Below the pieces are notes generated by a model that worked only from the letters and a program-made list of their open reading frames with translations, did no database searches and was not told where the DNA came from. The translations under genes and the position numbers were made by a program. DNA of 43,561 nucleotides from Octopus bimaculoides (taxonomy: Eukaryota), in NCBI RefSeq assembly GCF_001194135.2, contig NC_068985.1, forward strand, positions 43,759,169 through 43,802,729. The letters are read 5' to 3'. This document shows, piece by piece, positions 11,531 through 22,071 of the stretch; position 1 is the stretch's first letter, and each line of letters opens with the position of its first letter.

Positions 11531-13274
11531 TTTCTTTATTACCCACGAGGGGCATACATAGACAGGACAACACAAGACATGTGGGGACATATAACAATTA
11601 AAATTAGAATTATGAAAAACATGGACGATAAATGATAATATGAAAAATGTGCCACCTACCACACCTCAACAGCATCATTTACGTCCTTTACATATCCAGT
11701 TAAAGTTGACCCCATATTGTTCCTCTAATTTCTCATTTTCTATCTCGTCCGGTACGTTCTTTATATCACATACCACCTCTCTATATCTCACTCCCTCTTT
11801 ACACTCTCTGATCATTTTCATTCTACACTCCGGCACCAATGCGCCTAAGACCATATTTTCTTTTTTATTTCCTTTCATGTTTATAACTTTCACATCCTTC
11901 CATTGCAACAATTTATTTTTCGCTTCCATTTTTACACCCTTAAACACAGCACAAGCATAACAAGTGGGAGGGGGCATTTTGTGTGTTTTTTTTGTATGAT
12001 TGTTGCTCTTTTTTTTTCTTTTCTGTGTCGGTGGGGAATGGGTAGCTTCGATGTATGTNNNNNNNNNNNNNNNNNNNNNNNNNNNNNNNNNNNNNNNNNN
12101 NNNNNNNNNNNNNNNNNNNNNNNNNNNNNNNNNNNNNNNNNNNNNNNNNNNNNNNNNNNNNNNNNNNNNNNNNNNNNNNNNNNNNNNNNNNNNNNNNNNN
12201 NNNNNNNNNNNNNNNNNNNNNNNNNNNNNNNNNNNNNNNNNNNNNNNNNNNNNNNNNNNNNNNNNNNNNNNNACTTAAACTGTTCTTTTCCCTCTTCCTC
12301 TGTTTTCTTTCAGTAATTTGCTATCCATCTTCCTCATTTCTGGTTCCTTCTCTGCTTTCTCTTGGGTTTGCTTATTTTTCAGAGGGCAGTCCGCTCTAAT
12401 GTGGCCCTTTTAGCCACATTTATAGCAACGAGGGATTCTGCCCTCAATCCACACTTTCATTATTGTTTCTCCGACCGTCACTGTTTGTGCAAGCTTCTAA
12501 ATTTTCTATCTTACTTTGTATTATAATTTCCAGAATTTTACCATGCCAATTAGTGGCTTCTGTTTCTGTGGCCTGGAGTACGGTGACCTCTTTCTCGCTT
12601 CCTAGAAGTACAGCCGCCGCCACCAAAGCCACATCTATTTCAGGGGAGATTCCCTCCACCCTGACCTTGGAAGTTCTTTTTCCAAGGTTTGTGGGTAGGA
12701 GGATTGCCCTTTCCGTTTTCATTGATTTTACAGAGTTATCTTTTGCTTTTTCTTTGTTCTTGAAATATACCTCAACAGTGCCGGATCTGGCAAGATACGT
12801 TATGTCTTGCCAGATTGGCCCTCAACGCCTTTTCAATTTCTCCTGTCTGTTCATTTTCTAATCTTTTCTCCTTGATACAATAAACTTTATACACAATTTT
12901 CTTTTCTTCCATTTTCTCTAGTATTTCTTGTGGTGGTGAAGTTTCACGTTACCACCTTTTTTTTTTTTTAACATTTTTTTCAAAGTTTTTAAAGTTTTTG
13001 AGGCTTACCTCTTTCTTTGACACTTCCGTCACTTCCTCAAAACTTTTCTCCTTTAAAACCTTGTCCATCTTCTTTACAGCTACCACAAACTCCTCTTCAG
13101 ACGACGACAGTTCCGAGTACGCCACTTCTGATTCACTTAAGTCCGAATAAGACGCAGCCATCTTTCCTCAAAATGTTGAGGGGCAGCACAACCACATAAA
13201 CTCACGTTTAAGAAACCACAAGGATTTTAACCAGAAAAACACTACACTGTACACCAAAAGTGTATGAAAAAACC
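11531..13274 (-). mobile_element. ORF1-only Tx1-related element, unit A (about 1.7 kb including a roughly 214-N gap)
   Basis: 5' motif at 13253-13274, ATG at 13161 (MAASYSDLSESE), knuckle EGRIPRCYKCG*KGHIRADC, C-terminal CYAC/WKD domain and 3' motif at 11535-11552. Confidence 0.8.
11675..13161 (-). pseudogene. Extended ORF1-like protein of unit A (frameshifted)
   Basis: ORF-track pieces 12949..13161, 12444..12722 and 11675..11977 align block by block with unit B. Confidence 0.75.
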
Positions 13275-13969
13275 TCTGGCAAGTGCATATTGCATTTTAT
13301 NNNNNNNNNNNNNNNNNNNNNNNNNNNNNNNNNNNNNNNNNNNNNNNNNNNNNNNNNNNNNNNNNNNNNNNNNNNNNNNNNNNNNNNNNNNNNNNNNNNN
13401 NNNNNNNNNNNNNNNNNNNNNNNNNNNNNNNNNNNNNNNNNNNNNNNNNNNNNNNNNNNNNNNNNNNNNNNNNNNNNNNNNNNNNNNNNNNNNNNNNNNN
13501 NNNNNNNNNNNNNNNNNNNNNNNNNNNNNNNNNNNNNNNNNNNNNNNNNNNNNNNNNNNNNNNNNNNNNNNNNNNNNNNNNNNNNNNNNNNNNNNNNNNN
13601 NNNNNNNNNNNNNNNNNNNNNNNNNNNNNNNNNNNNNNNNNNNNNNNNNNNNNNNNNNNNNNNNNNNNNNNNNNNNNNNNNNNNNNNNNNNNNNNNNNNN
13701 NNNNNNNNNNNNNNNNNNNNNNNNNNNNNNNNNNNNNNNNNNNNNNNNNNNNNNNNNNNNNNNNNNNNNNNNNNNNNNNNNNNNNNNNNNNNNNNNNNNN
13801 NNNNNNNNNNNNNNNNNNNNNNNNNNNNNNNNNNNNNNNNNNNNNNNNNNNNNNNNNNNNNNNNNNNNNNNNNNNNNNNNNNNNNNNNNNNNNNNNNNNN
13901 NNNNNNNNNNNNNNNNNNNNNNNNNNNNNNNNNNNNNNNNNNNNNNNNNNNNNNNNNNNNNNACATATA

Positions 13970-14190
13970 TATTTGTGTCTTTGTGTCTGTGTTTATTCTC
14001 CCCACCATCGCTTGACAACCAATGTTCCTGTGTTTATGTCCCTGTAACTTTGCGCTTTGGCAAAAGAGACTGATAGAATAAGTACCAGGGTTACAAAGAA
14101 TAAATCCTGGGATCGATTTTTTCGACTAAAAAGACGGTGCTCCAGCATGGCCGCAGTCAAATGACTGAAACAAGTAAAAGAATAAAAGAA
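13970..14190 (+). mobile_element. SINE family S2, 3' half (head presumably in the gap)
   Basis: Ends CAGCATGGCCGCAGTC...GAAACAAGTAAAAGAATAAAAGAA, the same tail as 41600-41784 and 18637-18840. Confidence 0.8.
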
Positions 14191-14822
14191 AAAAAAAACA
14201 AGAATACCCAGGACTCTAATCTTCCTGACAAATATATAGGGCACAGTATTAGGATCGTTTTGACCAAAGAATAAATATAGACTAAATAAAATAAAAGTGA
14301 TGGCATACAGTTGAGGGATTGAGAGAACAAACATTAGAAGTTATTATCCGATTGAGAAAATATTTAATGAATGATTTTGTAAAATAATCATATTTTCCTC
14401 TAAATGGGCGATAGTACATTTATTATGTTTTATTGTAAAATGGTAAGCTATAAATGTATAATGTAAATATAATACTTGTAATGTCTTCTTTATTGTCGTT
14501 TTATTTCATAACCATTACTGATTACGTTACATAATTAGATTACGTTACCTAGGTAATTACTTATAGTGAATACATACACACACACACACACACATATATA
14601 ATCCAAATAATAAGAAGACAACGAAAATTCTTTAATAGAATGTGTTTAAAAATTCTCTTTATCTTATTATTATTTAGATTGTTTACTCTTCGCCAAACCC
14701 ACTTTATGGTGTGATCGTTGTGATCGTCGTGAAACTTGGATTTTCTACACCTAGAACCCAGCCCCAGTATTCGGGTCGAGTGCTTCTCTGGAAATACCCT
14801 AACTTTACACCCTACCAAGATC

Positions 14823-14933
<111 letters not shown>

Positions 14934-15194
14934 GTTGAAAATGCACTGAGTCTTATCTATTCATTTATTTTTTTTTAGAAGGAACTGTCTTGCTGTTGCA
15001 TTGTCCCACGTCTTTCTGTCATCAGAGAAATCTGTGAAACCGGATAAGTTTTAAAAAATAAAAAATCTAAACGGCACCCAGTGCATTTTCAAATTCTATT
15101 TTTTATATTTCCACCCTTATAGACAAAAAGAACTTTGTCTTCTATATATACCATATACGACAAACTTTTTTCATTTTGTATACAATTGTATGCA

Positions 15195-15335
15195 GTGCTC
15201 CATCTACCAAATCCATTCGCAGGGCTTTGGTCAGCCTGAAGCTATGGTAGGAGACACTTTCGCAAGGTGCTGCACAGTGGGCTTGAACTCAAGAGCAGAT
15301 GGTTGGGAAGCAAGCTTCTTACCACATAACCACAT
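15195..15335 (-). mobile_element. SINE family S2, tRNA-like head fragment
   Basis: Minus strand GTGGTAAGAAGCTTGCTTCCCAACC...GAGTTCAAGCCCACTG; homologous to 19330-19490 and 41387-41550. Confidence 0.75.
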
Positions 15336-16221
15336 CCACCATAAGAAAATGTAAAAAAGTCAATTAAAAATACACACACACACACACAAAAAAGAACGGT
15401 GTTATTTTAAGGGATTTTTTGGTTGCTATTTTTACGAGAACGAACGACTACCAAGGGGGCCACTCTAATTCCTTATCCTTCCCTACCACCCTGCTGGCTC
15501 GTGTAAAACATATACAGAACTGACATATCCCTTCCCAGTAAAGGAAGATGTCTATCAACTGTTAAGTGTCGTGTGACAGATTGATATCAGCCAGCTTCTG
15601 TATTACACACAGCGCCCACCCGACAGAGGCAGATGACATCCAGCCAATCAGTCAACAATCAGCCCTTACCAATTACCAAGATCCCTCATTATTACCCCTT
15701 CTCGATATCAAGGCCTTCACCGTCACATCCGTTAATAACCCTCAACTTTTGTTATGTGCTGTGTTGTGTCGCGTTTTCTGTGTATGTGTGTGTATGTTTG
15801 TTTGTTGAGCAGCTACCACAAGAAATAAATGAATGAAATGTGGAACTCCCTTTCTGTTTAGGATATATTTTTCTTATTTTTCCTACCAATTATACTCACT
15901 GCACCCACACACTTCCAGTGCGGTGGGGAAGGGTTTCATTCAGAGTGTGCGTGTGGGCGCAGCCTTCACGAAAGTTAACACGAAATCGAATAAATAAACA
16001 AAAGAAAAAGGAAAAGAGAAACGGTTGGCTAGAACGGACTAAGGAAGGACTATACAGGAGTGTGAACATGAAAAACTAGACGATTAGTTGGCAAAAATAA
16101 ATGTTTACACACGCATACACGCGCACGAGCACACACACACTCGCGCGCGCGCACTTACACTACTACTGCCATCCACAAGCATATACTCACCTATCCAGTT
16201 TCCGCTGATTAACCGGTGAAT

Positions 16222-16258
<37 letters not shown>

Positions 16259-16268
16259 TATATACACA

Positions 16269-16855
16269 CAGACATGCAGGAAGTAAATAGACACGTTCAA
16301 TTTTCAGAATCTTTTATTTAATTCGCAAAGCGAACAATTGAAATGTAATCGATAAGTAGGACTACATACTTTAGTATTTAGTTGACATTCCCTTTGCAAT
16401 TTTTAATTCAGAAACTCTTTTTGGTATTGAACTGATGAGCTTTGTGATTGTCTCTTGTGGAATTTCTGCCCATTTTTCACTCAACAATCGAAATAATTCA
16501 TCTTTAGATTTAGGTTCTGTCGAGTTTTTCGTATAGCTCTATCTATCTATCAATTGGGTTCATGTCAGGAGATTGGCTCGGCCAAGGAAGCTTTTTGATC
16601 CCATTTTCAGTCAGCCATTATTGATTCCTTTTCGCTGTGTGGCATGGAGCCCCATCTTCCATGATTAAAAACTCATTTTTCGTTATGTTATCGTGTGAAT
16701 ACATCGGAAGTAGTCCTTGCTTAAGTATTTCGATGTATTTTTCAGAGTTTATGGTTCCAACACATTGAATCAGCTCAGAATGACCATTGCTGGTGACAGC
16801 TCCCCATACCATTACAGAGATACCGCCATGTTTCACAGTTGATCGGAGTCGTTTC
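16269..16855 (-). mobile_element. Tc1-family DNA transposon remnant (3' part of transposase plus candidate TIR)
   Basis: TVKHGGISVMVWG, EDGAPCH, WPSQSPDMNPI and C-terminal IAKGMSTKY* (stop 16371-16373). DD34E-type spacing. The rest lies in the N-gap. Confidence 0.92.
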
Positions 16856-17699
16856 NNNNNNNNNNNNNNNNNNNNNNNNNNNNNNNNNNNNNNNNNNNNN
16901 NNNNNNNNNNNNNNNNNNNNNNNNNNNNNNNNNNNNNNNNNNNNNNNNNNNNNNNNNNNNNNNNNNNNNNNNNNNNNNNNNNNNNNNNNNNNNNNNNNNN
17001 NNNNNNNNNNNNNNNNNNNNNNNNNNNNNNNNNNNNNNNNNNNNNNNNNNNNNNNNNNNNNNNNNNNNNNNNNNNNNNNNNNNNNNNNNNNNNNNNNNNN
17101 NNNNNNNNNNNNNNNNNNNNNNNNNNNNNNNNNNNNNNNNNNNNNNNNNNNNNNNNNNNNNNNNNNNNNNNNNNNNNNNNNNNNNNNNNNNNNNNNNNNN
17201 NNNNNNNNNNNNNNNNNNNNNNNNNNNNNNNNNNNNNNNNNNNNNNNNNNNNNNNNNNNNNNNNNNNNNNNNNNNNNNNNNNNNNNNNNNNNNNNNNNNN
17301 NNNNNNNNNNNNNNNNNNNNNNNNNNNNNNNNNNNNNNNNNNNNNNNNNNNNNNNNNNNNNNNNNNNNNNNNNNNNNNNNNNNNNNNNNNNNNNNNNNNN
17401 NNNNNNNNNNNNNNNNNNNNNNNNNNNNNNNNNNNNNNNNNNNNNNNNNNNNNNNNNNNNNNNNNNNNNNNNNNNNNNNNNNNNNNNNNNNNNNNNNNNN
17501 NNNNNNNNNNNNNNNNNNNNNNNNNNNNNNNNNNNNNNNNNNNNNNNNNNNNNNNNNNNNNNNNNNNNNNNNNNNNNNNNNNNNNNNNNNNNNNNNNNNN
17601 NNNNNNNNNNNNNNNNNNNNNNNNNNNNNNNATATATATATATATATATACATACACACACACACACACACACACACATATATGCAGTCAAAAAAAAAA

Positions 17700-17900
17700 A
17701 CACCGAGAAAAAGAAAAAAAACAAACAAACGTTTGGACGTGGCACAAGTAATATATTAATAAAACGCCCAGAGAAGGAAAAGAATAGAAGTTTAACGCTT
17801 CGAGCATAGCTCTTCTTCGGAAACAGGAAGGAACAGGAAAATCCAAGACGAGAGAGGAGTAAAATCGCCAACAGTCAGGTGCGGTTACATTTTTGAAATA
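17700..17900 (-). mobile_element. Penelope-like terminal-repeat fragment with hammerhead-like core
   Basis: Minus strand GTTT CCGAAGA A GAGC-TAT-GCTC GAAGC GTT AAAC (17790-17824). Confidence 0.55.
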
Positions 17901-17967
17901 AGTGACCAGAAGTAGGAATGGAGTGAAAATGCATTCTGGAACAGGAAAGTGCGAAAATGGTCAGAAT

Positions 17968-18184
17968 GCGTGTGCACGCGCGCGTGTGTGATAGCGTAGT
18001 GTGTGTGTGTGTCTATGTGTATTTGTGTGTGTGCGTGGTAGCATGTGTGTGTGTGGTGATATATATATATATGTATGTATGTATATATGTGTGTGTGTGT
18101 GTATGTATGTGTGTGTATGTGTGTGTATGTGTGTATATAATATATATGTTTGTATGTGTGTGTATACATGTATGTAATGTGTGC

Positions 18185-18232
<48 letters not shown>
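17968..18232. repeat. Compound (GT)n/(TA)n microsatellite
   Basis: Directly visible. Confidence 0.95.
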
Positions 18233-18238
<6 letters not shown>

Positions 18239-18480
18239 GGTACTTAGGTGTCCTCCGAGAGTGGAGGCTAGTTTTGTTATTGTCGGTTTGTTCGCCGAAG
18301 AATTTTTACCGAATGTCCTCCTCTCTTTCCCCATCTTCTTCCAACCCTCCTCCATCCCTTAACGAACGGGGGACCTCCAGCATCAATGGTTCCTTATCTT
18401 TTTGATTGCACGGTATCCTGGGAATTAAACAAAACGTTACTGGCTTACTTTGAATGGAATATGTTTCATAGTTTAAAATC

Positions 18481-18533
18481 TCTCTCTCTCTCTATCCATC
18501 CATCCATCCATCCATCCATCCATCCATCCATCC

Positions 18534-18577
<44 letters not shown>

Positions 18578-18631
18578 GTCTGTCTATCTATCTATCTATC
18601 TATCTGTCTGTCTGTCTGTCTGTCTGTCTGT
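18481..18631. repeat. (CT)-(CCAT)-(CTAT)-(CTGT) graded tetranucleotide array
   Basis: Directly visible. Confidence 0.95.
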
Positions 18632-18636
18632 CCCCC

Positions 18637-18854
18637 TTTTATCTTCTACTTGTTTCCGTCGCTGGACTGTGGTCATGCTGGGGCAGTGCTTTGAAGGGCT
18701 TAGTCGAACAAATCGACCTCAGTACTTAACATTTTAAAGCCTAATACTTATTCAATTGGTCTCTTTTGCTGAACTGTTTTGTTACGGGGATGTAAACAAA
18801 CCAACACCGGTTGTCAAGCGGTGGTGGAGGACCGACACAAAGACATACATACAT

Positions 18855-18924
<70 letters not shown>

Positions 18925-19490
18925 CAAAAACACAATAACAAAAAAACAAAAAAACAACAAGGTGAGGACGTGATATGGATAGTATTATTGGACGCTCAGG
19001 AAAGGAAAGAGAGAGTGTATGACGTTTCGGGCGTAGCCCTTCGTCGGAAAGATGGAAAGTTCGGAGAATGGAAGAACGGAGAAAGAGGAAAATGNNNNNN
19101 NNNNNNNNNNNNNNNNNNNNNNNNNNNNNNNNNNNNNNNNNNNNNNNNNNNNNNNNNNNNNNNNNNNNNNNNNNNNNNNNNNNNNNNNNNNNNNNNNNNN
19201 NNNNNNNNNNNNNNNNNNNNNNNNNNNNNNNNNNNNNNNNNNNNNNNNNNNNNNNNNNNNNNNNNNNNNNNNNNNNNNNNNNNNNNNNNNNNNNNNNNNN
19301 NNNNNNATATATATATATATACACACGATGGCGTGCGACAGATTTCTTTCAGATTGCGTCTACCAAATCCTCTCACAAGGATTTGGTCAGCCTAGAGCTA
19401 TAGTAGAAGACGACCAAGATGCCAGACGGTGGGACTGAACCCGGAACTATGTGGTTGGGAAGCAGGCTTCTTACCACTCAGCAACGCTTG
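18637..19490 (-). mobile_element. Full SINE S2 (head, internal microsatellite, tail) interrupted by a PLE-like repeat and a gap
   Basis: Head at 19330-19490 and tail at 18637-18840, with the same architecture as 41387-41784. Confidence 0.8.
18921..19094 (-). mobile_element. Penelope-like terminal-repeat fragment with hammerhead-like core
   Basis: Minus strand CCGACGA A GGGC-TAC-GCCC GAAAC GTC (19021-19047), translating as SDEGLRPKR, typical of PLE ends. Confidence 0.6.
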
Positions 19491-19644
19491 TTGCTTATCA
19501 TTCACTATTAATCATACTTATATCTAACAGAATTATGAATAACACGATTTTCAGAACATTCAAGTATATGTATGTTTTCTAAAGACTTTATTTATAGTTG
19601 GAAAAATCAGTAGTACACGTAAGTTTCCTAGTACGACATATTAT

Positions 19645-19657
19645 TTGAGAACCACTG
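19645..19657 (-). mobile_element. Isolated hAT/Charlie-like terminal inverted repeat
   Basis: Minus strand CAGTGGTTCTCAA; a similar end CAGTAGTTCGCAAC lies at 20015-20028. No partner TIR or TSD found. Confidence 0.3.
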
Positions 19658-20727
19658 CTCTGCACGATTCCCAGTTGGTTTAAAATAAAAGCTAAATCTG
19701 TACTCGGACTCTTGAGGGTTATATGCACTATGAACATGGAGTCAAAATCTAGATTCTTGACGTTGACTTCATGTTCATAGTATGCTCGATAATCGGTGTT
19801 TTTGACCATTTTTTGCCTGTGGATCCCTTTGATTCCTGTTTTACTTGGAGTGGCCCTCACAGCAATTCGATGTTTAAAAAATCCTGTTATATTTTTATAA
19901 TTAAATATTATTAGAAATTGTAGAAAAATAATCATTAAAATATTTTGTATATTGTAGACGTATAATCAATTTATTGCAGATAAATTTTAACAGTAAAATC
20001 TTATATGGACCTCAGTTGCGAACTACTGGCCTAGAAGTTCTGAACTAAGTATTGTCTAGACATTTTGCTACTAATTCTAATCAACCTTTCACTGATCCAA
20101 GAATAGGGATTTTGTGGAAGTTAATAGAAGGAGTGGGGTTAGAAGTAGATGGCAAAAGAGGGGAACGCAGGGTCTCCGAGAAAAATTTTGCCACAGAACA
20201 GAACAATTCAAGACATTTGTGGTGCCTGTTTTTCTTTTCAGGAAAGTACCCGGCAAAAATGAGGGACTCACCTCTTATAGGGCCTTGCTTCTAGGTGGTC
20301 TCTTGTCCAGTTAAAATATTCAGCTGAATCTCCCCGCAAGCTGTCCACTACCGTCTTAAAAGATAATGTAATTTAAGATACACTGTGCCTAAAATAAAAT
20401 GAAGAAGCTGATTTGCAGTGGAACAATAAAGTTTTCCTCACAAATTAATATGTATTTCAGAAGTTATTCCCTTAAAATTTTTCATTATCTTTTACAGTCG
20501 AACACTAGCAGTTTTTGTTTACACGATCCCTTTATCTGTTAGATGTTGTGAAATCTATCCCAAATCATATCCTACAAACTTAATGAAGTAAAAGCATATT
20601 AAAGTCGCTGAGACCTGCAAGATATATCAGCCCTGTCAGGCTGATCTGGAATAAAACAACCACAATAGGTAGTAACATATTGGTTTGAACTTTTGACACA
20701 AGGCCAACAATTGTGAGGAGAGAGAGA

Positions 20728-20892
20728 GAGCAAATTGATTACATCGACTTCTATACATGGTATTTATTTTATCGACCCCAAACGGATGAAAGACAAAGTC
20801 AACCTCAACGGAATTTGAACTAGGAGCGTAAAGAATCCCAAGAAATATCATTAAACATTTTATTCGACATACTAATGATGCTACCAGCCCGC
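20728..20892 (-). mobile_element. Degenerate SINE S1
   Basis: ATCGACCCCAAACGGATGAAAG..GGAATTTGAACT is shared with 21855-22071. Confidence 0.75.
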
Positions 20893-21149
20893 AATATTTT
20901 GGCGTGAAGTATTGCTGATTTGAACATACAGAAATTCCTGACTTAATTACAAGATGATCTTTTTTCCAGAAAAGATGATTTCTTGTTGTATCGACCCAAC
21001 AATATTTCTGGTACATATTTTATCACCACCTCAGGTAGGAAATATGGAGACGACTGCAGAGGAATTTTAATTCAGATCTACAGATGTAAGTCTGGCTTCC
21101 TAGCACTCTATATACTCACCGTCCTTATGTATTCTGTAATTCTTTTCCT

Positions 21150-21560
21150 AGTTCTAGTCACTGGACTGCAGCCATGCCCGAGCACCGACTTCAGGGATTT
21201 ACTCAATTTTATCGCCTCAAAAACTTCAGTATTAATTTTATCGATCTTTGTTTAAGGGATGGCTCAATTTATCTATCGAGCTTATCCCTTTAACAAATTA
21301 CTCCTCCCGTGGAACAAATACCGTAAGAAATTTACACCACTTTACATCGGTAAGCACGTAGGCACAGTTACCCCACTTTGTACATATACATATACGACGG
21401 GCTTCCACACAGATTCTGTTCACTAAATTTCTTTGAAAAGGCACTGGTGAATCTGTGGTTATAATGGGAGACACATGCTAAGATGCCGCACAGTGCAATC
21501 GTAGACAGAAACACGTGAATGCACAGCGGCCATACGTTACTGAATTCAAATTCCACCAAC
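21150..21560 (-). mobile_element. Degenerate SINE S2 (tail about 21150-21260, head about 21390-21560)
   Basis: Partial matches to the S2 tail (ACTGGACTGCAGCCATGC) and head (ACGACGGGCTTCCACACAG). Confidence 0.5.
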
Positions 21561-21854
21561 AGTTTATAGGAAAACAGCATACTTTTTATAGTCACCTAGT
21601 CAGAGATGAAAGGACAGATGTCAGGATAACTTTTCGGGGCCTCTGGAACTGGTGGAGCGAAAGGTAGTAGTGATATCTAGACTAGAATCATGGTCAAGCA
21701 GTTAAGGAGCTAAAGGTGAAGGCTAAACTGGGCTATAGGTGAAATCTATGATTACATCAAGTCTAGTATGAATTTGAACTCAAAACGTATTTTAAAGGAA
21801 TTTTGTTCGGCCCTCTATCAATTCTGCGTTTCCCCGCTTTAAATGTAAGTCATA

Positions 21855-22071
21855 TTGGTTTCAAATGTTGGCACACGGCCAGCAATTCTGGGAGAGGGGG
21901 TAAGTCGATTATATCGACCCTAGTGCTCAACTGGTACTTATTTGATCGACCCCAAACGGATGAAAACGCAAAGTTGACCCCGGTGGAATTTGAACTCAGA
22001 ACGTAAAGACAGACGAAATGCCGCTAAGCATTTTGCCCAGTGTGTTAATGATCTTGCCAGCTTGCTGCCTT
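21855..22071 (-). mobile_element. SINE S1
   Basis: Collinear with 1646-1860 over its full length. Confidence 0.9.

Noticed and set aside
4925-13274. Telomeric (HeT-A/TART-like) role for the Tx1 array
   Set aside because: No TTAGGG-type repeats, and the array is flanked by ordinary interstitial sequence on both sides; only the architecture is analogous.
13208-14073. Long ORFs spanning N-gaps (also 6075..6827, 11903..12399, 16618..17871 in part, 18782..19438, 37077..37985)
   Set aside because: Length comes from X residues; only the flanking Tc1 and RT pieces are meaningful.
18240-18450. Minus-strand candidate exon after a good acceptor (ttttgtttaattcccag)
   Set aside because: All three frames hit stop codons before the candidate donor.
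17885-18694. ORFs with HT/VC/YLSI repeats (also 26..304, 14561..14938, 22497..22816, 24038..25403, 34874..35639)
   Set aside because: They are translations of microsatellites or low-complexity DNA.
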